From positions 1 through 34,267 of the forward strand of contig CAYZHW010000001.1 of assembly GCA_964478105.1 (NCBI GenBank): a DNA stretch of 34,267 nucleotides. Reading direction: 5' to 3'. The position numbers and the translations under genes were made by a program. The stretch is from an uncultured Lachnospiraceae bacterium. Lineage in GTDB: Bacteria > Bacillota > Clostridia > Oscillospirales > CAG-272. Shown in pieces: positions 8,625 through 17,922 of this stretch (the stretch's first letter is position 1; every line of letters starts with the position of its first letter). The notes beneath the pieces are model-generated. The model had not been told where the DNA came from. It worked only from the letters and a program-made list of their open reading frames with translations, and did no database searches.

Positions 8625-10697
8625 ATGAACAAAAAAGCCCACATTGCAAGATATATTGCGCTGGGTGCCGCTTTTGTGCTCATTTGTCTGGTCTATCTGA
8701 CAAGGCTTGTCAATTACCAGATCTCGGGTGTCGATCTGTACACCTCGACAAAGACAGATACATATACGCGTACGGTCATTATACAAGCGCACCGAGGCGA
8801 GGTCTTTGACCGCAACGGCAAGGCTCTGATCTCAAACAAATACACCTACAATCTCGATTTCGATTACGGAAGTATGCCGCGTACAAATGCCGAGCGCAAC
8901 GAGACTTTTTTGGCACTTTTCGATGCACTTGAGGCAACGGATAACGCAGAGCTTTTTCCCCAGATATCGTCCCCGCTTGCGGGAAGCTATCCCGACTATA
9001 CATATGATGAAGAATTTTTCGCTTCTTCTGCCGCTCAAAAACGCTTTAAGCGTGTGCTCAAGGACTATGCTCTCGATGAGGATACCGATTGCGAAGAATT
9101 CGTGGACTTCTTTTTGAAGAAGTACGGACTTGTCAACTCGAAGGGTGAGCCGAAGTACACCGACGAAGAGGTGGACTTCTTGCTCAAGCTTCGCTTTGAC
9201 CTCTATTACAAGGATTTCAGCCCGAGCACGCCTTACCGCATAATCGACGGCGTGGATATGTCGCTCATATCCTACATAAAAGAGCTCGGACTGCGCGGAG
9301 TCTCTTTTTCGCAGAGCGTAGAGCGAGTCTACAATTATCCCGGCTATGCATCTCACATACTCGGACGCACTGGCAAGATACAGGCAGCTGATGCCGAATA
9401 TTATACCTCGCTCGGATACCCGCTTGATGCGATCGTGGGTACGTCGGGTGTGGAAAAGGCATTTGAAGAATATCTGCGCGGCATCGACGGCAAAAAGGTC
9501 ATCGTCGAAGATGCGTACGGGAACGTGATAGAAGAATATATTTCCGAAGAGCCTGTCGCGGGCAAGGACGTTTATCTTACCATAGATATCGAATTGCAGA
9601 TAGCCGCTGAGGACGCGCTCAAGGCGAATATAGAATATATAGCAGAAAACGCGCTGACTAAAAAGGGCGAGCAGGACGGCGAAGACGCAGACGCGGGCGG
9701 ACTTACGGTCATCGACCCAAACACAGGCGAGCTTCTTGCTTCCGCTTCGTATCCCACATATAATCTTGCGACATTTTCAGAGGATTGGGCAGAGATAAGC
9801 ACAAATCCGCTCTCCCCTATGACAAACAGAGCATTTTCGGGAATGTATCCCCCCGGCTCTACCTTCAAGATAGCGACCGCCATTGCCGCGCTCGAGGAAG
9901 AAATAATCGATCCGACCTCGACCATCGACACAAAGGGCCGCTACACCTATTATGACAAAAACGGACCGCGCTGCTGGCTCTATCTTATGAACGGGCGGGT
10001 CCACGGAGAGATAGACGTTACCGAGGCGATACAGGAATCCTGCAACTACTTCTTCTTTGAGGTGGGCAGGCTGCTCGGTATCGACAAGCTCAATGATTAT
10101 TGTTCCTCTCTCGGGCTCGGACAGCCTACGGGAATAGAGCTCCCCGAGTGGAGGGGAATCCTTGCGGGACCCGAGTACAGAGAGAACAACGGACTTGATA
10201 TATGGAATCCCGGCGACACGCTCAATGCCGCTATCGGACAGGCTGAAAACGCTTTCTCGCCATTACAGCTCTCGACCTATATGTCTACCGTCGTAAACGG
10301 CGGAACAAGATACAGTACGCACCTGCTCTACGCTGTAAAAGAGTACGGCACGAATGAAGTTATACTGCAGGTCGAGCCCAAGGTGGTAAGCGAGCTCGAC
10401 ATCTCGGATTCGACGATCACGACGGTGCTCGGCGCGATGAAGGATGTTACCGAAAACGGCTCGGCATCGCGTATCTTCCGAAATTATCCTATCAAGGTGG
10501 GCGGTAAGACGGGTACTGCACAGGTATCGAAGAATGCCAGTGACAATGCGATATTTACCGCGTTTGCGCCCTTTGATGATCCCGAGATCGTCGTTTCCTG
10601 CGTTATCGAGCGAGGATCAAGCGGTACCGACGCGGGTATCTCGGTGCGCGATATTTTTGACGTGTATTTTAAAGTTAACGAGGAGACAAATGAATAA
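8625..10697 (+). CDS. mrdA: Penicillin-binding protein 2 (elongation transpeptidase)
   Basis: N-terminal TM plus the motifs 'STFK' (PPGSTFKIATA), 'SCN' (IQESCNYFF) and 'KTGTA'. The ORF-track start at 8616 is GTG and lies inside the SD 'GAGGTG'. The ATG at 8625 is 6 nt downstream of that SD. Confidence 0.9.
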   Translation: MNKKAHIARYIALGAAFVLICLVYLTRLVNYQISGVDLYTSTKTDTYTRTVIIQAHRGEVFDRNGKALISNKYTYNLDFDYGSMPRTNAERNETFLALFDALEATDNAELFPQISSPLAGSYPDYTYDEEFFASSAAQKRFKRVLKDYALDEDTDCEEFVDFFLKKYGLVNSKGEPKYTDEEVDFLLKLRFDLYYKDFSPSTPYRIIDGVDMSLISYIKELGLRGVSFSQSVERVYNYPGYASHILGRTGKIQAADAEYYTSLGYPLDAIVGTSGVEKAFEEYLRGIDGKKVIVEDAYGNVIEEYISEEPVAGKDVYLTIDIELQIAAEDALKANIEYIAENALTKKGEQDGEDADAGGLTVIDPNTGELLASASYPTYNLATFSEDWAEISTNPLSPMTNRAFSGMYPPGSTFKIATAIAALEEEIIDPTSTIDTKGRYTYYDKNGPRCWLYLMNGRVHGEIDVTEAIQESCNYFFFEVGRLLGIDKLNDYCSSLGLGQPTGIELPEWRGILAGPEYRENNGLDIWNPGDTLNAAIGQAENAFSPLQLSTYMSTVVNGGTRYSTHLLYAVKEYGTNEVILQVEPKVVSELDISDSTITTVLGAMKDVTENGSASRIFRNYPIKVGGKTGTAQVSKNASDNAIFTAFAPFDDPEIVVSCVIERGSSGTDAGISVRDIFDVYFKVNEETNE

Positions 10698-11343
10698 AAA
10701 AGAGAAAAAAGAACGGATCGCAAAAATAGGCGAAGAGTTGAAAAAGCTCTATCCCGATGCCGAGTGCGCTCTCGAATACGGCGGCCAGCCGTGGAAATTG
10801 CTCATTATGGGCAGACTCTCGGCGCAGTGCACCGACGCAAGGGTGAACATCGTCTGCCGAGAGCTGTTTAAGAAATATCCCACGCTTGAATCGGTGGCAA
10901 ACTGCTCTCTCTCTGAGCTTGAGGAAGCGGTCAAACCCTGCGGACTTTACCGCACCAAGGCAAAGAATATCAAGGATTCGGCAATTATGCTGATAGAGGA
11001 ATACGGCGGAGTGCTTCCCGACGATATGGATGAGCTTTTGAGGCTGCCGGGTGTCGGACGAAAGATAGCAAATCTTTTGCTCGGGGATATCTTCGGCAAG
11101 CCTGCGATCGTCGCAGATACACATTGCATAAGACTTTGCGGCAGATTCGGTATGTATCCCGAGAGTCAAAAAGACCCGACCAAGGTCGAGAAGATACTCG
11201 TTGAGTTGGTCGAGCCTTCCGAGAGCAGCGACCTCTGTCACAGACTTGTGCTCTTCGGGCGCGAATACTGTATGGCGCGCTCGCCGAGGTGCACCGAATG
11301 TCCCATACAACATCTATGTGAAAGGAATATAAAAAGCAAATGA
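10690..11343 (+). CDS. nth: Endonuclease III (DNA glycosylase/AP lyase)
   Basis: HhH 'LPGVGRKIANLLLGD' and the [4Fe-4S] loop 'C-MARSPR-C-TE-C-PIQHL-C'. ATG at 10690 with a GAGGAG SD. The longer ORF from 10444 overlaps mrdA out of frame and is rejected. Confidence 0.9.
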   Translation: MNKKEKKERIAKIGEELKKLYPDAECALEYGGQPWKLLIMGRLSAQCTDARVNIVCRELFKKYPTLESVANCSLSELEEAVKPCGLYRTKAKNIKDSAIMLIEEYGGVLPDDMDELLRLPGVGRKIANLLLGDIFGKPAIVADTHCIRLCGRFGMYPESQKDPTKVEKILVELVEPSESSDLCHRLVLFGREYCMARSPRCTECPIQHLCERNIKSK

Positions 11344-12581
11344 GTGACATCAAAGACATAAGCCTTGCCAAGAGCGGCTACGATAAGATAAACTGGGTAA
11401 AAAGCTATATGCCCGTGCTCAACGCAATAAACGACGAATTTACAAAGACCAAGCCCTTTGCGGGCAAAAAGATATCGATGTCGATACACCTTGAGGCAAA
11501 GACGGCGTATCTTGCGATGGTGCTCCGTAACGGAGGCGCAAAGGTGTGCGTGACGGGATGCAATCCTCTCTCAACGCAGGACGACGTAGCGGCGGCGCTC
11601 GTAGATGCGGGATTTGAGGTAAATGCGCGCCACGGTGCATCAGAAGAGCAGTATACGGCTCACTTGAAGGCGACGCTCTCACAATGCCCCGATCTTATAA
11701 TAGATGACGGCGGAGATTTCATCTCGCTTCTTCACGGAGAGTGCCGCGAGTACGGAAAGGATCTTATCGGCGGATGTGAGGAGACCACAACGGGTATCCA
11801 CCGTCTCTTCGCGCGTCAGGCGAAGGGCGAGCTCGATTACCCGATGATAGATGTAAATGATGCTGACTGTAAACATCTTTTCGACAACCGCTACGGTACC
11901 GGACAGTCGACACTCGACGGTATTATGAATTCGACCAACCTTATCATCGCGGGCAAGACGGTAGTCGTCGCGGGCTACGGCTGGTGCGGCAAGGGAATCG
12001 CTATGCGTGCTAAGGGTATGGGCGCGCTCGTCGTTGTCACCGAGATAGACCACGTAAAGGGTATCGAGGCTGTTATGGACGGATTCCGTGTTATGCCGAT
12101 GGACGAGGCGGCAAAGATAGGCGACCTCTTTATTACGGTCACGGGATGCTCGGACGTTATTCGCGGCGAGCATTTTGATGTGATGAAGGACGGCGTTCTG
12201 CTCGCAAACAGCGGACATTTCGATGTTGAGATAGACAAGAAGGCACTTGCGGCGCGCGCGGTGCTCGTGCAGGATCGCAAGCCGAACATTGTCGGTTACC
12301 GTATGCGTGACGGTCGAGTGCTCAACCTGCTCGCAGAAGGACGCCTTGTAAATCTCGCGGCAGGCAACGGACATCCCGCCGAGATAATGGATATGAGCTT
12401 TGCCATCCAGGCGAAGGGACTTGAATATCTTGCAAAATGCGGCAAGATACTTGAAAATAAGGTCTACGCCGTACCGCGCGAGATCGATGAGGCTGTGGCG
12501 AGAATGAAGCTTGCAAGCTTCGGCACGAGTATCGACACACTCTCACAAGAGCAGAAGAAGTATCTTGAATCTTATAATTGA
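11340..12581 (+). CDS. ahcY: Adenosylhomocysteinase
   Basis: 413-aa ORF with 'DISLAKSGYDKINWVKSYMPVL' and the NAD site 'VVVAGYGWCGKGIA'. ATGA overlap with the nth stop. Confidence 0.95.
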   Translation: MSDIKDISLAKSGYDKINWVKSYMPVLNAINDEFTKTKPFAGKKISMSIHLEAKTAYLAMVLRNGGAKVCVTGCNPLSTQDDVAAALVDAGFEVNARHGASEEQYTAHLKATLSQCPDLIIDDGGDFISLLHGECREYGKDLIGGCEETTTGIHRLFARQAKGELDYPMIDVNDADCKHLFDNRYGTGQSTLDGIMNSTNLIIAGKTVVVAGYGWCGKGIAMRAKGMGALVVVTEIDHVKGIEAVMDGFRVMPMDEAAKIGDLFITVTGCSDVIRGEHFDVMKDGVLLANSGHFDVEIDKKALAARAVLVQDRKPNIVGYRMRDGRVLNLLAEGRLVNLAAGNGHPAEIMDMSFAIQAKGLEYLAKCGKILENKVYAVPREIDEAVARMKLASFGTSIDTLSQEQKKYLESYN

Positions 12582-12585
12582 TGAC

Positions 12586-12620
12586 AAAGAGGCATACCGC
12601 GGTATGCCTCTTGATTTTTT
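12586..12620 (+). terminator. Rho-independent terminator after ahcY
   Basis: 'aagaggcatacc-gcg-ggtatgcctctt' stem followed by 'gatttttt'. Confidence 0.8.
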
Positions 12621-12632
12621 ACGGTATAATTG

Positions 12633-12661
12633 TTGACCTTGATTTGGAAATAATATATAAT
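12633..12661 (+). promoter_or_regulatory. Sigma-70/SigA-type promoter for the ATPase-TOPRIM pair
   Basis: TTGACC (12633-12638), a 17-nt spacer, then TATAAT (12656-12661). GGGAG SD at 12682-12686 and ATG at 12693. Confidence 0.6.
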
Positions 12662-12692
12662 TAAAATACAGATATTATTTTGGGAGCGGTAT

Positions 12693-14039
12693 ATGAAGAA
12701 TACTATTGTCAGACTTTTATGGTGTCAGCTTGAAAATTTCAAAAATGTCGAATACGGCAAACTCGAGATGCCTGACTTTTTTTCGCGCAAAGAGCCGGTC
12801 GGCGCCGAGATACTCGGTCTGTACGGACAAAACGGCTCGGGAAAGACAGCTATCATCGATGCGCTGAGCTTTCTCTCGGCGCTTCTTTCGGGCGCGCCCC
12901 TTCGCGCGGATACCGCTGATTACATCACCAAGGGTGAGCAGTGCGCGACTCTGAAGTTTGCTTTTTCGGCGGAGACCGAAAAAGGGAGCTTTTTTGCCGA
13001 GTATCTGTTTTCACTCTCGCGCACGGGTGACTCTTTTGAGATCTCGCGCGAGAGGCTTATATCTGCTCCTATTGAAGATACAAAAATCGGGAAAAGGACG
13101 ACCCTGCTCGAGCACAGCACCGAGAGCCCGTCGCTTTTGCTGCCAAAGGCAAGACTTGCGTCGCTTCTTGCGGCAGATAAGGATAACAGAGTCGCGCTTG
13201 AGGTTGCAAAGATAATCGCAAAAAAAGAAAAGACCTCATTTATATTCGGCGGCGGCAAGGAGATATTCCTATCGGGCCTTGAAGACGTGCAGGCAACGGT
13301 CATATCCGCGCTTGCCGATTTTGCGAAAAAATCGCTCTTTATAATAAAAAATACAAAAAATGAGGATTTTGTGCTCCCTGTATCGGTCAAGATCGAGCCT
13401 GCAAATGCAAGTACCACGGCTAAGCTCCTTGTCGAGCCTGCCGTGATCGACGAGGCGAGCCTGCCGAGCTTTTCGGGAAGCGTTGCCAGCCTTAACCGCG
13501 TGCTCGGTGTGTTGATACCGGGACTGTCGGTGGATATCGAAAATTACGGTGCTCAGATGATGAGTGACGGTACGGCGGGCGCAAAGATCGAGCTCGTCTC
13601 CTTGCGCGACGGCAAGCGGATCCCGATAAAATACGAGTCCGAAGGCATCCGCAAGATAATATCGGTACTTAACATTATGATCGCGATGTACAATGACCGC
13701 TCGGTCTGTATGGTGGTCGACGAGCTTGACGCCGGCATATACGAGTACCTTCTCGGCGAGCTTCTTTCGATCCTTGAGGAAAGCGGCTCCGGACAGCTTA
13801 TATTTACTTCGCACAATCTGCGTCCGCTTGAGATGATAGACCGAGATGCGCTTGTGTTTACGACAACAAATCCCAAAAACAGATATATTCGTCTCGGCGG
13901 CGTGAAAAAGGGAAATCTGCGCGACATTTATCTGCGCAGTATCAACCTCGGCGGACAGAAGGAGCAGATATACGATCTTTCAAACAGCTTTGAGATAAGC
14001 CACGCTATGAGGCTTGCGGGTATGAAGGATGAAAAATAA
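12693..14039 (+). CDS. ABC-type (AAA_21/AAA_15, SMC/OLD-like) ATPase, AriA/AbiLi-like
   Basis: Walker A 'GQNGSGKT' (aa 45-52), signature-like 'ESEGIRK' (aa 315-321), Walker B 'CMVVDELD' (aa 339-346) and H-loop 'FTSHN'. About 260 aa are inserted between Walker A and the signature. Confidence 0.85.
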   Translation: MKNTIVRLLWCQLENFKNVEYGKLEMPDFFSRKEPVGAEILGLYGQNGSGKTAIIDALSFLSALLSGAPLRADTADYITKGEQCATLKFAFSAETEKGSFFAEYLFSLSRTGDSFEISRERLISAPIEDTKIGKRTTLLEHSTESPSLLLPKARLASLLAADKDNRVALEVAKIIAKKEKTSFIFGGGKEIFLSGLEDVQATVISALADFAKKSLFIIKNTKNEDFVLPVSVKIEPANASTTAKLLVEPAVIDEASLPSFSGSVASLNRVLGVLIPGLSVDIENYGAQMMSDGTAGAKIELVSLRDGKRIPIKYESEGIRKIISVLNIMIAMYNDRSVCMVVDELDAGIYEYLLGELLSILEESGSGQLIFTSHNLRPLEMIDRDALVFTTTNPKNRYIRLGGVKKGNLRDIYLRSINLGGQKEQIYDLSNSFEISHAMRLAGMKDEK

Positions 14040-14697
14040 GACAAAAAAGGTAATACTTTTTATTGTCGAGGGCTTTACCGACAAACAGTCACTCGGCCTT
14101 GTCCTCTCGCGCCTTATCGACACGAATGAGGTGATGTTTCACGTCGTTGCGGGCGATATCACAGCCGCGTACAAAGCCGAAAAGAAGATAAGCGAGCAGA
14201 TAAAGTCGTTTCTGTCGCGCACGCATTTCAAGAAGAGCGACATCCTTCGCATCGTCCAGCTTATCGACACCGACGGGGCGTTTATCGATCCGTCGAAGGT
14301 GCGGTATGCGAAGATTAAGAGGATGAGGTATTTCGACGATCACGTAGAGACCCCCACGCCCGAGGCGATAATCAGACGAAATGAGCTGAAACGTGATTCA
14401 GTGCAGGAGCTTTCACATCAGAATTATGTCTCGGGAATACCGTATTCGATATACTATTTTTCGGTGAACATAGAGCACGTGCTCCACGGCGTGCGCGGCG
14501 GTCTGGAATCGGCGGACAAGGTGAGACTTTCACGCGAGTTTATTGACCGATTTGCCGCCCGCCCCGAAGACTTCGTCAAATTTATGAGAAGCGACGAGGT
14601 CGCCGCTCCGGGAGATTACATTGACAGCTGGGATCATATCTTCAAAGATGATAATTCACTTATGCGAAATTCGAATTTCAGGTTGTTTTTTAATTAA
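14029..14697 (+). CDS. TOPRIM-fold protein (RloB/AbiLii- or DUF4435/AriB-like), putative nuclease partner
   Basis: Overlaps the ATPase gene by 11 nt. 'KKVILFIVEGFTDKQS' supplies Glu14 and 'VQLIDTDGAF' supplies Asp80/Asp82, giving the TOPRIM E...DxD pattern. Followed by 'YYFSVNIEHVLHG'. Confidence 0.7.
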   Translation: MKNKTKKVILFIVEGFTDKQSLGLVLSRLIDTNEVMFHVVAGDITAAYKAEKKISEQIKSFLSRTHFKKSDILRIVQLIDTDGAFIDPSKVRYAKIKRMRYFDDHVETPTPEAIIRRNELKRDSVQELSHQNYVSGIPYSIYYFSVNIEHVLHGVRGGLESADKVRLSREFIDRFAARPEDFVKFMRSDEVAAPGDYIDSWDHIFKDDNSLMRNSNFRLFFN

Positions 14698-14718
14698 GCC
14701 GGTGAAAAGGGTAATAAA

Positions 14719-15600
14719 ATGAAAAAAGTCCTTGTTATAGTCAACCCCATTTCGGGTAAACAAAAATTGAAGAACGAGCTTTTGGAGCTTGTTGCATTTC
14801 TTTGCAAGAGCGGATATGCGCCGACCGTGATGACAACCGAGCGCAAAGGACACGCGACCGCCCTTGCGCGCGAGCACGCCGATGGGTATGATCTTGTCAT
14901 ATGCTGCGGCGGCGACGGCACGCTCGGTGAGGTCATCTCGGGTGTTATCGGCAAAAAGTCCACGACACCGCTCGGATACATTCCGTCGGGGACGACGAAC
15001 GATTTTGCCAACAGCTTAAAGATCCCGTCCCAAACGCTCGAGGCGGCAAAAAGAGCGGTTACGGGTTATCCCACCAAGCTTGATATAGGCAGATTCGGGA
15101 CGTCGTATTTTACCTACGTGGCAAGCTTCGGTGCATTTACCAGCTCATCCTATTCCACGCCCCAGCCAAACAAGAACGCCATAGGGCATCTTGCTTACGT
15201 GCTCGAAGGGGCGAAGGACCTCTCATCCCTGCGTCCGTATCACCTGAAGGTGAGCGCAAACGGCAGGGTGTACGAAAACGACTACATTTTCGGAGCTGTA
15301 AGCAATTCGCTTGTAGTCGGCGGACTTATCAGAATGAATAATGCAACCGTCAAGTTCAGCGACGGACTTTTTGAGGTGATGCTCATAAAATTCCCCTCGG
15401 GACTCGACAGCCTCTCAAAGATAGTCGCCTCTCTGCAGTCGCAGAAATACGATCCCGAGGTCATAGATTTCTTCCAAGCCGAGAAGCTTACGGTTGAGTG
15501 TGAGGAAAAATTCCCTTGGTCGCTTGACGGTGAGTACAATCCCGGAAACGAGAAGATAGACATCTCGGTGCAAAAAAAGGCTATAAGCTTGAACTTATAA
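14719..15600 (+). CDS. dagK: Diacylglycerol kinase family lipid kinase (DgkB/YegS family)
   Basis: 'VLVIVNPISGK', 'CCGGDGTLGEVISG' and 'GYIPSGTTNDFA'. It aligns by eye along its length with the S. aureus DgkB sequence as I recall it. Starts 22 nt after the TOPRIM gene with no terminator between them. Confidence 0.8.
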   Translation: MKKVLVIVNPISGKQKLKNELLELVAFLCKSGYAPTVMTTERKGHATALAREHADGYDLVICCGGDGTLGEVISGVIGKKSTTPLGYIPSGTTNDFANSLKIPSQTLEAAKRAVTGYPTKLDIGRFGTSYFTYVASFGAFTSSSYSTPQPNKNAIGHLAYVLEGAKDLSSLRPYHLKVSANGRVYENDYIFGAVSNSLVVGGLIRMNNATVKFSDGLFEVMLIKFPSGLDSLSKIVASLQSQKYDPEVIDFFQAEKLTVECEEKFPWSLDGEYNPGNEKIDISVQKKAISLNL

Positions 15601-15630
15601 AAAAACCGCCCATCGGGCGGTTTTGTTTTT
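15601..15630. terminator. Bidirectional intrinsic terminator between dagK and the PHP gene
   Basis: 'aaaaaccgccc-atc-gggcggtttt gttttt': a GC stem flanked by an A-run and a T-run, between convergent genes. Confidence 0.75.
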
Positions 15631-15631
15631 A

Positions 15632-16558
15632 TCAATTATAAATGGGATTTGTCCAAGCGCGGCGGCCGAACGCATCTACAACGCAGACACGCATCATTTC
15701 GGGCTGAACGCTCATTTTGTAAGAAGCGCTGAGCGACGCACCCGTGCTCTGTCCCATAAGGGTGTTAGCCTGTCTGTCGCGGATGAGCCATACCTTTGCC
15801 GCACCGGTCGTCTCGACGTGAACGGTGTTTGTGTCGGTGTCAAAATAGAAATCCTTGATGATAGGACCGCAGGACGAATAGAACGCGCCTTCGTTGAGTG
15901 CTGCAAGCACCGACTTGACATTCTTTTCTGCGTTTACCATTACCCAGCCGCGGCCGAGTGTTCCGCGTCCGTGAGCATCGTCGGTAGCAACGCCGAAGAG
16001 GCGGTTACCGTATGCTATGACCTCGTTCCAGTACGCCGCGTTCGTGTCCATATCGTGCGCGTAAGCCGAACCGGAGTTCCAGATCTCCATAGCAAAATTG
16101 CCCTTGAAATCCTGGAAATACTTTGCGGGCGTGCGGCTCCACTCGGGATGGCAGTATATGGTCATATTGTTCTTTTTGTGCATCTCGTCAAGCAGATCCT
16201 GGAAGACAGAGAGATCTGTTATGTCGGGGCCTGCGACAAATTCATCGTGGGCAATGCCGTTTGTGTCGTCGTCGGGACCGAGCACGATGGTGTGGAGATG
16301 GCGGATGCCGCCTGCGGTCTTGTCAAACTGCATATTTATCTCCATCGCGGGTATGATCACGATGCCTGTTTCGGGCGCGTAGTTTACCCTGTTATATTTC
16401 TGATGGTCTGTGATGGCTACAAGGTCATAATTCTCCTCTGCATAAGCGTGGAGAAGCTCTTGGGGAGCGAGCTTTCCGTCGGATCTTGTGGTGTGGCAGT
16501 GAAGGGCGACCTTCTGCATCTTTTTCGCATTCTCAAAGGCTTTTTGTCTGATTATCAT
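15632..16558 (-). CDS. PHP-domain metal-dependent phosphoesterase
   Basis: 'VALHCHTTRSDGKLAPQELLHAYAEENYDLVAITDH' is the PHP motif. The equally long antisense ORF 15623-16609 has no motif and starts with TTG. Confidence 0.8.
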   Translation of the reverse strand: MIIRQKAFENAKKMQKVALHCHTTRSDGKLAPQELLHAYAEENYDLVAITDHQKYNRVNYAPETGIVIIPAMEINMQFDKTAGGIRHLHTIVLGPDDDTNGIAHDEFVAGPDITDLSVFQDLLDEMHKKNNMTIYCHPEWSRTPAKYFQDFKGNFAMEIWNSGSAYAHDMDTNAAYWNEVIAYGNRLFGVATDDAHGRGTLGRGWVMVNAEKNVKSVLAALNEGAFYSSCGPIIKDFYFDTDTNTVHVETTGAAKVWLIRDRQANTLMGQSTGASLSASYKMSVQPEMMRVCVVDAFGRRAWTNPIYN

Positions 16559-16647
16559 ATTATTTTACCTCACTTTTGTGATAAGAGAAACGTTATATTT
16601 CGATTATAGCACTCTTTCTTTTATTAGACAAGAGAAAAAAGAAAATA

Positions 16648-16676
16648 TTGCTAAAATATGATTATTGTTGTATAAT
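16648..16676 (+). promoter_or_regulatory. Sigma-70/SigA-type promoter for the DUF45-glycosylase-MTase operon
   Basis: TTGCTA (16648-16653), a 17-nt spacer, then TATAAT (16671-16676), within an AT-rich divergent intergenic region. Confidence 0.6.
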
Positions 16677-16739
16677 TTTATTATGTAATATGATCTTTTT
16701 GCATAGAATGTGATCTTTTCGGGGAGTGAGCGGGTGAAG

Positions 16740-17423
16740 ATGTATATCGAGGGCATCGAAATAGAACTTGTGCGAAAGAATATCAAGAATATAAATCTGT
16801 CTGTTAATCCGCCCGACGGACACGTGCGCGTGTCTGCTCCGTATTTCGCAGATATTTCGCTTGTCGAGAGCTTTGTTGCCTCAAAGCTTGATTGGATAAG
16901 AGCACACAGAGAGAAATACGAAAACAGACCGGTCATACCGCCCTGCGAATATCTTTCGGGAGATACGGTGTATCTCTTCGGCAGAGCGCTTACGCTTTTC
17001 CTTGACGAGGATCTTCGCCGCGGTGCGGTAATAAGGGAAGAGGACAGGCTCATCCTCGGCAACAGGGGAGGCAGTACGTCCGATGACAGAGAACGATATA
17101 TAAACGAGTGGCTAAGAGGTGAGCTTGCGCGCGAGACAGAATATCTTATGCCTGTTTGGGAGGAGCGCACGGGACTGCACCCAAGCTCGTGGCAGATAAA
17201 GAATATGACTACGCGCTGGGGCACGTGCAACACGAAGACGAAAAAGATATGGCTCAATCTGCAGCTCTCGAAAAAGCCGCCCGAGTGTCTTGAATACGTC
17301 ATACTTCACGAGCTCACGCACTTGAAGATAAGAGACCACGGACCGCGATTCAAGGCCGAAATGGACGAATATATGCCCGATTGGCGCGCGATCAAACAAA
17401 AGCTTAACGAAAGGCAGATCTGA
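16740..17423 (+). CDS. DUF45/YgjP-family (WLM/SprT-like, M48-annotated) zinc metallohydrolase
   Basis: 'YVILHELTHLKIRDHGPRF' contains HExxH, with 'TTRWGTCN' upstream. ATG at 16740. An alternative GTG at 16734 lies 7 nt after GGAG. The ORF-track start at 16710 is GTG. Confidence 0.85.
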   Translation: MYIEGIEIELVRKNIKNINLSVNPPDGHVRVSAPYFADISLVESFVASKLDWIRAHREKYENRPVIPPCEYLSGDTVYLFGRALTLFLDEDLRRGAVIREEDRLILGNRGGSTSDDRERYINEWLRGELARETEYLMPVWEERTGLHPSSWQIKNMTTRWGTCNTKTKKIWLNLQLSKKPPECLEYVILHELTHLKIRDHGPRFKAEMDEYMPDWRAIKQKLNERQI

Positions 17424-17424
17424 T

Positions 17425-17922
17425 ATGGCTCTCTTTCACCCGATCAAACCCGTATATAATAAAGATTCACGCATACTCATCCTCGGAAGCTTCCCGTCGG
17501 TAAGATCCCGTGAGACAGGTTTTTTCTACGGGCATCCGCAAAACCGATTCTGGCGTGTGCTTGCCAAGGTTTTTGAATCTGCCGTTCCCGAGACCGTAGA
17601 AGAGAAAAAGGAGTTATTACTCTCACACGGCATAGCGCTTTGGGATGTGGTAGCCTCGTGTGAGATCGTCGGAAGCTCGGACAGCTCTATAAAAAACGTG
17701 ATACCTAACGATATATCGGCCATCCTTTGCGGATCGGATATCGAGGCGGTATATGTCAACGGTAAGACTGCGTACAGTCTGTACCGCAAATATATTCTGA
17801 CAAAAACAAAAAAAGAGGCGGTGTGCCTGCCCTCGACCTCTGCCGCGAATGCCGCGTGGGATATACCGCGTCTGACGGCTGCCTGGTCAAAGATAAAGGA
17901 GGTGTCCTATGGGCGCAGATAA
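17425..17922 (+). CDS. UDG-superfamily DNA-deoxyinosine (hypoxanthine) glycosylase-like protein
   Basis: 'ILILGSFPSVRSRETGFFYGHPQNRFWRVL' and 'LPSTSAANA' match the pattern I recall for the hypoxanthine-DNA glycosylase family. Starts 1 nt after the DUF45 stop. Confidence 0.75.
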   Translation: MALFHPIKPVYNKDSRILILGSFPSVRSRETGFFYGHPQNRFWRVLAKVFESAVPETVEEKKELLLSHGIALWDVVASCEIVGSSDSSIKNVIPNDISAILCGSDIEAVYVNGKTAYSLYRKYILTKTKKEAVCLPSTSAANAAWDIPRLTAAWSKIKEVSYGRR

